Part shown: piece by piece, positions 57,821 to 64,000 of the stretch
Layout of the letters: every line of letters begins with the position of its first letter
How positions within the stretch are numbered: position 1 is the first letter of the stretch
DNA from: Escherichia coli
Lineage (GTDB): Bacteria; Pseudomonadota; Gammaproteobacteria; Enterobacterales; Enterobacteriaceae
NCBI RefSeq assembly: GCF_003018115.1
Contig: NZ_CP027457.1
Direction: 5' to 3' (one strand)
Length of the DNA stretch: 64,000 bases
Position numbers and translations under genes: made by a program
Notes under the pieces: model-generated
The model's input: the letters and a program-made list of their open reading frames with translations, nothing else
Databases searched by the model: none
What the model was told of the DNA's origin: nothing

Positions 57821-59221
57821 TTAATCCATCTCTTCCGCTGAGGTAATACCAGGCAGAACGTTTTCCTGTCGGTAGCCACCAGGGAGGATAATATTTAATA
57901 AAATCGCAGTTAACCCGCCAGCACAAATAGGGTTTTCAACTAATACATAAATAGAGGCTGGCAATATTTTAAAAATTTCGGGATCGTAGGAGACGCCAAG
58001 CCCTAAACCTAAAGAAGTGGCGACAATAAGTGTTTCACGCCGCTTTAATCCGTTGGTGATGATGATGCGAATCCCAGCGATGGCAATCATGGAAAACATC
58101 AACGTCATTGCGCCTCCCAGAACTGCCGAGGGAATGGTCGTGAAGAAGCCGCCAATCATCGGAAATAAGCCGAGGATAACCAGCATTACCGCGATGGTTC
58201 GCCCGACATAACGTGAAGCGACGCCAGTCATCTGAATAACCCCATTATTTTGCGCAAACGTGGTTAATGGTAATGAACCAACAGCGGAGGCGATAACAGA
58301 AACCAGACCATCTGCCAGCACGCCGCCTTTCAGTCGGGACTGATACTCTTCCCCCTGAATGGGGCGGCGGGAAACCATTGCCGTGGCGGTGATATCGCCG
58401 ACTGCTTCCAGCACGCTAAGCAGATAAATCGTGCCAACCACCAGGAACTGATGGAAGCTAAAACTAAAGCCGTATTTGAACGGATGTGGGATGGTGATTA
58501 ACGGCAAATTGCGCATACTGCTGAAATCCACCATGCCCAGGCATAACGACGCGATATAACCGACGCATAGCCCAATGGCGATCCCTCCCATGCGTAGCAA
58601 CGGACTGCGACAGCAGTTAAAGCCGATCACCACAATCAAAACCAACAAACCAACGCCGAGATGTTCGTAATTGCCGAACGTACCGCTGCTTTTGGCAGCA
58701 AACCCACCGCCAAAATCGATAATGCCGACTTTAATCAGGCTTAAGCCGATCATCAGTACCACAATACCGCTGACGGTAGGCGTAATAACCCGACGTAAAT
58801 AGGGCAAGATAAATGAAGATCCGACAACCAGAAATGCGCCAACGAAGGAGACGCCGAGAAGCGACGACATGATTAACTCTTCGTGAAAACCGTCGCTTTT
58901 CATGCTGCTGCCCAGCGCAATCATGACCGTAACAAATGAAAAATTGACTGACTGAATTGAGAGTAGGCCAGAACCGACGATGCCGTAGCGGTTTACTTGT
59001 AACCAGGTACCAATACCAGAGGCGATCATCGCCATAGAAACAAGATAGGCGGTTGTTTCAGCGGAAAGCTGTAAGGCCGCACCCACGATTAACGCGGGGG
59101 TTACCATCGGAACGAAAATTGCCAACAGATGGGTAATGGCACCAACGAGAGCCTGATGAAAGGGAGGGCGATCCTCCAGTTCAAATATAAGGTCAGAACC
59201 TGCATGGTTTATATCAGACAT
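57821..59221 (-). CDS. xanQ: xanthine permease, NCS2 family (466 aa)
   Basis: MSDINHAGSDLIFELEDRPPFHQALVGAITHLLAIF N-terminus. Confidence 0.9.
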   Translation of the reverse strand: MSDINHAGSDLIFELEDRPPFHQALVGAITHLLAIFVPMVTPALIVGAALQLSAETTAYLVSMAMIASGIGTWLQVNRYGIVGSGLLSIQSVNFSFVTVMIALGSSMKSDGFHEELIMSSLLGVSFVGAFLVVGSSFILPYLRRVITPTVSGIVVLMIGLSLIKVGIIDFGGGFAAKSSGTFGNYEHLGVGLLVLIVVIGFNCCRSPLLRMGGIAIGLCVGYIASLCLGMVDFSSMRNLPLITIPHPFKYGFSFSFHQFLVVGTIYLLSVLEAVGDITATAMVSRRPIQGEEYQSRLKGGVLADGLVSVIASAVGSLPLTTFAQNNGVIQMTGVASRYVGRTIAVMLVILGLFPMIGGFFTTIPSAVLGGAMTLMFSMIAIAGIRIIITNGLKRRETLIVATSLGLGLGVSYDPEIFKILPASIYVLVENPICAGGLTAILLNIILPGGYRQENVLPGITSAEEMD

Positions 59222-59349
59222 CCCTTCACTCCTTTTAAAGTAAATTTGATCATCTGAATTAGTAAAATAAATTCCCACGAATTTGGGGCGCAGGACGCCT
59301 TGAGAACGGCTTATCTCATTTTCGCAGTCACTATTTAGTCATCGTTCAA

Positions 59350-59385
59350 ACAGAGAAACAGGCCGCCGAAGCGGCCATTTATTAT
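59350..59385 (-). terminator. hairpin downstream of xdhD
   Basis: ggccgc-ttcg-gcggcc stem with U-rich tail on the minus strand. Confidence 0.45.
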
Positions 59386-62256
59386 TTATATTTTTTCCAG
59401 CGCAGTGAGTATTTTCTCCGGTGTGAAATGCCATTCGCGTAACCAGATGCCGCATGCATCGTGAATTGCGGTAGCAATCGCCGGAGCTGCGCCATTTACA
59501 CCGATTTCCGAGATCGATTTCGCCCCGAACGGGCCGACTTTATCGTCGCTCGGCACCAGCACAGCGCGGAAATCACGCGGAATGTCACCAATTTTCGGTG
59601 CGCCGTAACTGCGTAAATCACGCGTTAACGGGTGACCTTCGGCGTCATAAATGATCTCTTCGCTCATACTGTGGCCGATAGCTCGCAGGGTAGCACCGTA
59701 GATTTGTCCCAATGCTAATTCCGGGTTGACCGGTGTACCGCAGTCCAGCAAGGCGTAGAATTTATCCAGGCGGATTTCACCCGTACGCGTGTTGACGGCA
59801 ACTTCAGCGAAGTTTGCGCCATACGGGAAGGCGAAATCAGGCGTGATATAACTGCCAGTTCCCACCAGTGAACCAAAGCCGGTGCCGGTTTCGCCTTTAT
59901 GGGCAATATCCCCGAAACTAACTTCGCCTTTCTTGCCGCGCACGACGCCCGGCGTTGCCAGTTGAACATCTGCCACTGCCTCACCCAACATTTGCGCGCC
60001 GTGGAACAGAATTTTCTCCCGTAGATTTTCCGCTGCCAAACGCGCCGCGTTACCCGAGAAGCAAGTACCGGACGAGGCATATGCGCCTTTATCAAACAAC
60101 GCATGATCGGTATCACCGGAGATAACATGCACGTCCTGTGGTGGGCAGTGCAGCACTTCTGCTGCCAGTTTCGTCACCACAGTATCCAGACCAGTACCAA
60201 TATCCGCACCGCCAGAATGAACAATAAAGGTGCCGTCCGATTCCAGTTTGATCATGCAGTTAGCCTGATCGATATCCGGAATACCCGATTTCTGCATGAT
60301 AATGGCGACGCCGCGACCGATGTGCCAGTCACCATTTTGCGGTTTCGGTGAAGACCATTGGATCATCTCGCGACCCTGACGCAGGATCTCTTCCAGTGCA
60401 CAGCTGGCGGCGGAAGGAACGGAGGTCGGCGCTTTACCTTCACCGATTGCACCGAGAATTTTCAGCTCTTGCCCTTCGTGTACCCGGTTACGTTCGATAA
60501 TTTCCAGTTGGTCGATCTGTAACTGTTCAGCAAGTTCCGCTAATGCCATGGTGATAGCGAAGTTACCTTTCGGTGCGCCATAACCCTGATAAGCACCATT
60601 TGGGCAAATGTTGCTGTAGTAGGTGGTGACCTGGAAATCGACGTTATCGCACGGATATAACGGCAGCGACAGCGCCGGTCCGTTACACGGTACGGTGAGT
60701 GAGTGGTTGCCGTAAGGGCCAGTGTTGGCGCGGAAATCCATCTTCACTGCCGTCAGGCGACCATCTTTTTTCGCTCCCAGTTTGACGGTGACTTTCGCGA
60801 CGTGACGAGAGGTGTTAGCAATAAACTCTTCTTCACGGGTGTAGCGGAACAGTACCGGACGCCCGGTCACGCAGGTTGCCCAGGCGCACACTTCTTCCAG
60901 CAGGATGTCCTGTTTGGAACCAAAACCGCCGCCAACTCGCTCTTTAATGACATGAACTTTATGCTGTTTCATGCCCACGAGGCGCGCGACCTGGCGGCGT
61001 AAGTGCCATGGTACCTGGGTGGAGGCGTGGATAACCAGACGATCGCCGTCCATCCGGGTAAAGCAGATATGTGTTTCAGTCGGGCACTGCTGTGCCTGCG
61101 TTGAGTTATAGGTTCGCTCAATGATCACATCGGCATCGGCAAAGCCTTTGTCCATATCGCCAATATGACCATGAATACTGGCGGCGATATTTTTGCGAGG
61201 GCGAGAACCGATCGGGAAGTTGATGATCATATGCTCGCCGCGCTGGGCTGCATGGCTGTTATCGTCTTCCAGAGTATCTGGCGCACCAGCAACATACACC
61301 ACCGGTTCATCGTGCACGACAGGCGCATCTTCCGCCATTGCTTCGTCGATCGACATTACCGGCTTAAGCACTTCATATTCAACGTCGATGAGCTTCAGTG
61401 CTTCGAGCGCAATTTCTTCACTTTCTGCGACGACCGCAGCAACACGATCGCCGACGTGACGCATTTTCTTGCCGAACATACGGCGGTCAAGCGGTGACGG
61501 TTCCGGTGCGCTCTGACCCCCCGGGGTATAGTAGATATCCGGGCAATTCAGGTGAGTAATAACGTGAACGACGCCCGGTAAGGCTTCAGCTTTGCTGACA
61601 TCCAGATGAGTAATCAGTGCGTGAGCGTGTGGGCTACGTAACATTTTAATGACGCAGGCGTCAGCCGTTACGCGGTCTTCAACATAGCAGGGTTTCGCCT
61701 GCACCATTTTCGCGGCATCAGTTTTAGGATAATGCTTGCCAATGACTTCAAGGTCGTCACGGAAAGTCGGAGCGATATCAATGGTGGCCTGCGGATTATT
61801 TTTACGTGCAACCGCCAGTTCAATGACCTGATAGTATTGTTGCCAGCCTGCATCGCGGCTGAACAAACCAGAAAGCGCGTCGTCGATCTCTTCGCGGGTA
61901 GGTGCGGCGATGCGATCGAGAAGATCGGTGATAATCAGAGCTGCAGCTGGATCGTTATAACCAGACTGCACCACGCCAACATCAACCATTGCCTGTTGAA
62001 CCAGACTTAACTCGTTCCATTTGCCCAGAGATTCTGCGGTACGAATATCTGCCTTCTCTAACTGTGCGGCAATAAGCAAGGACGCGTTAACGATATTACC
62101 GTTAAAGATTATTGCGTCAGAACCGGCAAACCCGAAGCCATCATCACTGTTGCGTACAGAGTGCATTCCCATGTTAAACAACAGCTTTTGCACGTTTTCG
62201 CCTGGATTAACGGTTAGCTCCTGAGGCGCGCCATTTAAAGTAAAGTGGATGATCAT
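59386..62256 (-). CDS. xdhD: molybdopterin-dependent xanthine-dehydrogenase-family fused subunit (956 aa)
   Basis: 956-aa ORF whose length and position (between xanQ and ygfM) match XdhD; no individual motif was checked. Confidence 0.85.
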   Translation of the reverse strand: MIIHFTLNGAPQELTVNPGENVQKLLFNMGMHSVRNSDDGFGFAGSDAIIFNGNIVNASLLIAAQLEKADIRTAESLGKWNELSLVQQAMVDVGVVQSGYNDPAAALIITDLLDRIAAPTREEIDDALSGLFSRDAGWQQYYQVIELAVARKNNPQATIDIAPTFRDDLEVIGKHYPKTDAAKMVQAKPCYVEDRVTADACVIKMLRSPHAHALITHLDVSKAEALPGVVHVITHLNCPDIYYTPGGQSAPEPSPLDRRMFGKKMRHVGDRVAAVVAESEEIALEALKLIDVEYEVLKPVMSIDEAMAEDAPVVHDEPVVYVAGAPDTLEDDNSHAAQRGEHMIINFPIGSRPRKNIAASIHGHIGDMDKGFADADVIIERTYNSTQAQQCPTETHICFTRMDGDRLVIHASTQVPWHLRRQVARLVGMKQHKVHVIKERVGGGFGSKQDILLEEVCAWATCVTGRPVLFRYTREEEFIANTSRHVAKVTVKLGAKKDGRLTAVKMDFRANTGPYGNHSLTVPCNGPALSLPLYPCDNVDFQVTTYYSNICPNGAYQGYGAPKGNFAITMALAELAEQLQIDQLEIIERNRVHEGQELKILGAIGEGKAPTSVPSAASCALEEILRQGREMIQWSSPKPQNGDWHIGRGVAIIMQKSGIPDIDQANCMIKLESDGTFIVHSGGADIGTGLDTVVTKLAAEVLHCPPQDVHVISGDTDHALFDKGAYASSGTCFSGNAARLAAENLREKILFHGAQMLGEAVADVQLATPGVVRGKKGEVSFGDIAHKGETGTGFGSLVGTGSYITPDFAFPYGANFAEVAVNTRTGEIRLDKFYALLDCGTPVNPELALGQIYGATLRAIGHSMSEEIIYDAEGHPLTRDLRSYGAPKIGDIPRDFRAVLVPSDDKVGPFGAKSISEIGVNGAAPAIATAIHDACGIWLREWHFTPEKILTALEKI

Positions 62257-63032
62257 ACGGCTTCCTCCCCAGCCTGTTGGCAGTCGGCATACAGGTCGGC
62301 TACCAGAACTCCCGTGATATAGCGTTTATAGGCTACGCTGCCCCGCAAATCTTCCTGCGGGAAAATGTCGTTGGCGACAGCCTGTTCAAGTGCATTGCCT
62401 TCCAGATTTTGTTTTTCGACATCGTGCAGACGCAGTGCTTTACTGGCGACGCCATCCAGCGCAATTCGCATACCGTCGTGGTCTGTTATTGCAACGGCTG
62501 CCGTCACGACGGTTAAACCTGCCTGAGAACGGCTAATTTTGCGGGTCGCACAGGTGCGATACGGATCTTTAATGATAATTTCGGTTAGCAGGCGATCGCA
62601 TGGGCAGGCCAGGTAGTCCTCGATTGACAGCGTTTCGCCGTTGCCAAAAACCAGTTCAGCATCCAGTGCCAGCAGGACGGGAAGCAGCACCGACTCTTCC
62701 TGGCGGGCGGCGATTTCACCACCAATGGTCGACTGATTACGAACATGGCGTGAGTAAACAAAACCGAGGGCTTCACGCAGCGCTGCAGGAATAAATCGCG
62801 CATCACGCAGTGGCTGCAAGCGAGACATTGCGCCAATCCGCAGCGCACCGTTATCCCAGTCAACCCAGTCCAGTTCCAGATCCTGTAAGGAGATGGCAAT
62901 CTTTTTATCGGTACGGGTTGGTGTAGCATTGAGTTTGCTGCCCCCGGCGAACCAGACGGCTTCATCCTGGTAGCGGCGCTTCAGTTCCAGCGCCTGTTCG
63001 ACAGAGTCGGGCCTGAAAAATTGTTCAATCAT
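62253..63032 (-). CDS. ygfM: FAD-binding subunit of a molybdo-oxidoreductase, CoxM-like (259 aa)
   Basis: Stop overlaps the xdhD start; FAD-binding PCMH-type domain. Confidence 0.85.
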   Translation of the reverse strand: MIEQFFRPDSVEQALELKRRYQDEAVWFAGGSKLNATPTRTDKKIAISLQDLELDWVDWDNGALRIGAMSRLQPLRDARFIPAALREALGFVYSRHVRNQSTIGGEIAARQEESVLLPVLLALDAELVFGNGETLSIEDYLACPCDRLLTEIIIKDPYRTCATRKISRSQAGLTVVTAAVAITDHDGMRIALDGVASKALRLHDVEKQNLEGNALEQAVANDIFPQEDLRGSVAYKRYITGVLVADLYADCQQAGEEAV

Positions 63033-63082
63033 CTTCTTTCCTTATTTAACCCTCTTCCCTGCGGGAAGAGGGCATCTGTCAT

Positions 63083-64000
63083 TTATGCCAGCGTATCCAT
63101 CCGACGCCACATACTGGCAGCGGCTTTTCTGGCTTGTGCATAAATGGAATCGCAATCGAAGTTAAACTGACGGTCTTCATAGACCATCACACCGTTGACC
63201 ATCACGCTGTGAACGCTGCCTGAGCCCATACCGAAAGCGATATGCCCGGCGATATTGTCTGCCAGCAGCGGCGTCGGTGAGTTGTAATCGCAAATGGTTA
63301 AATCAGCTTTGTAACCGGCTTCCAGAAGCCCAAATTTCGCGCCAAAGTTGCGGCTCATCAGTTCGTTACCGTTAGTCAGGGCTTTGGCAAAACTGTCAGG
63401 CCACAGCGGACCACCCGCATCGCGATGTTTAAAGAAGGCAAATTTCATCTCTTCAAACATGTCCGAACCAATGCCGTCCGTTCCCAACGCCAGATTGCGG
63501 ATGTCGCTAAGGTGATGGTTGTAGCCGACATGGTTGTTCATGTTTGAACGGGCGTTATGCACCAGGAACGCATCGCGCTGATTGAGTAGGGTGATGTCAT
63601 CTTTCGACAAGTACAGCCCATGAGCGACCAGCGTTTTGCTATCGATGAGATCGAATTGCGCTAGTCGTGCCAGCAGGTCTTTGCCGTACCAGTGGTGACT
63701 GTAGGAAACGTCGTAAAGGTCTTCCGCAGCGTGAATATGCAAACCACGGCCTGTGGCTTTCACGGCTTCACGTAGCATCTCCAGACCGGCATCCGGCACG
63801 GTAAACGGCGCGTGAGCACCGATATGTGCTTCCACCAGATACGGCTCGGTTGCTGCTTTCTTCGCCTCATCAATCTGACGGGCGAAGCGGATGTTTTCTT
63901 CTACACCTTCCTGCAACTCTTTGATGCCGTTGTTACGGTCAGTAGTTTCAAAACAGGTCATCGCGCGCAGGCCAACTTTTAAAAATGCGTCGCGCAATGT
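63083..64000 (-). CDS. ssnA: putative aminohydrolase SsnA, C-terminal ~304 codons; start lies beyond the window end
   Basis: ORF open to the window edge; assigned as ssnA from its position in the xdhD-ygfM cluster and amidohydrolase-like size. Confidence 0.8.
   Translation of the reverse strand, partial: TLRDAFLKVGLRAMTCFETTDRNNGIKELQEGVEENIRFARQIDEAKKAATEPYLVEAHIGAHAPFTVPDAGLEMLREAVKATGRGLHIHAAEDLYDVSYSHHWYGKDLLARLAQFDLIDSKTLVAHGLYLSKDDITLLNQRDAFLVHNARSNMNNHVGYNHHLSDIRNLALGTDGIGSDMFEEMKFAFFKHRDAGGPLWPDSFAKALTNGNELMSRNFGAKFGLLEAGYKADLTICDYNSPTPLLADNIAGHIAFGMGSGSVHSVMVNGVMVYEDRQFNFDCDSIYAQARKAAASMWRRMDTLA

Overview
This window reads as an Escherichia coli-type (Enterobacteriaceae) chromosomal segment, gene-for-gene collinear with, and inverted relative to, the K-12 tktA-to-ssnA region as I remember it. 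It is densely coding and mostly core metabolism: tktA (3-prime part), the cryptic cmtBA-yggP-yggF-yggD-yggC cluster, epd-pgk-fbaA, mscS, argO, yggE, ygfI, the sbm-argK-scpB-scpC operon, argP, rpiA, serA, fau with 6S RNA (ssrS), zapA, ygfB-pepP-ubiH-ubiI, gcvTHP, bglA, yqfB, yqfA, ygfZ, sdhE-ygfX, fldB, xerD-dsbC-recJ, prfB-lysS, idi, and a purine salvage/catabolism cluster (uacT, ygfT, ygfS, ghxQ, guaD, xanQ, xdhD, ygfM, ssnA 3-prime part). All recognised genes have the protein lengths I recall for K-12, so nothing looks decayed apart from the yqfE fragment. Two places stand out as strain-variable. (1) A roughly 3 kb five-gene minus-strand operon wedged between yggC and epd encodes a PPC/DUF296 protein, an ECF-type S component, an EcfT/CbiQ-like T component and two short ABC ATPases, one with a degenerate signature motif; I believe this is absent from K-12 and it is the best candidate for an uncharacterised system here. 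(2) A tandem duplication of the Ibs/Sib type I toxin-antitoxin module between serA and fau, with a Ser17Pro variant in one toxin copy and a 34-bp hairpin duplication. Also present are the prfB programmed +1 frameshift site, several REP/BIME elements and intrinsic terminators. I found no tRNA, rRNA, CRISPR array, IS element or phage integrase by eye. All calls are from reading the sequence and ORF track plus recalled protein families; no database search was run.
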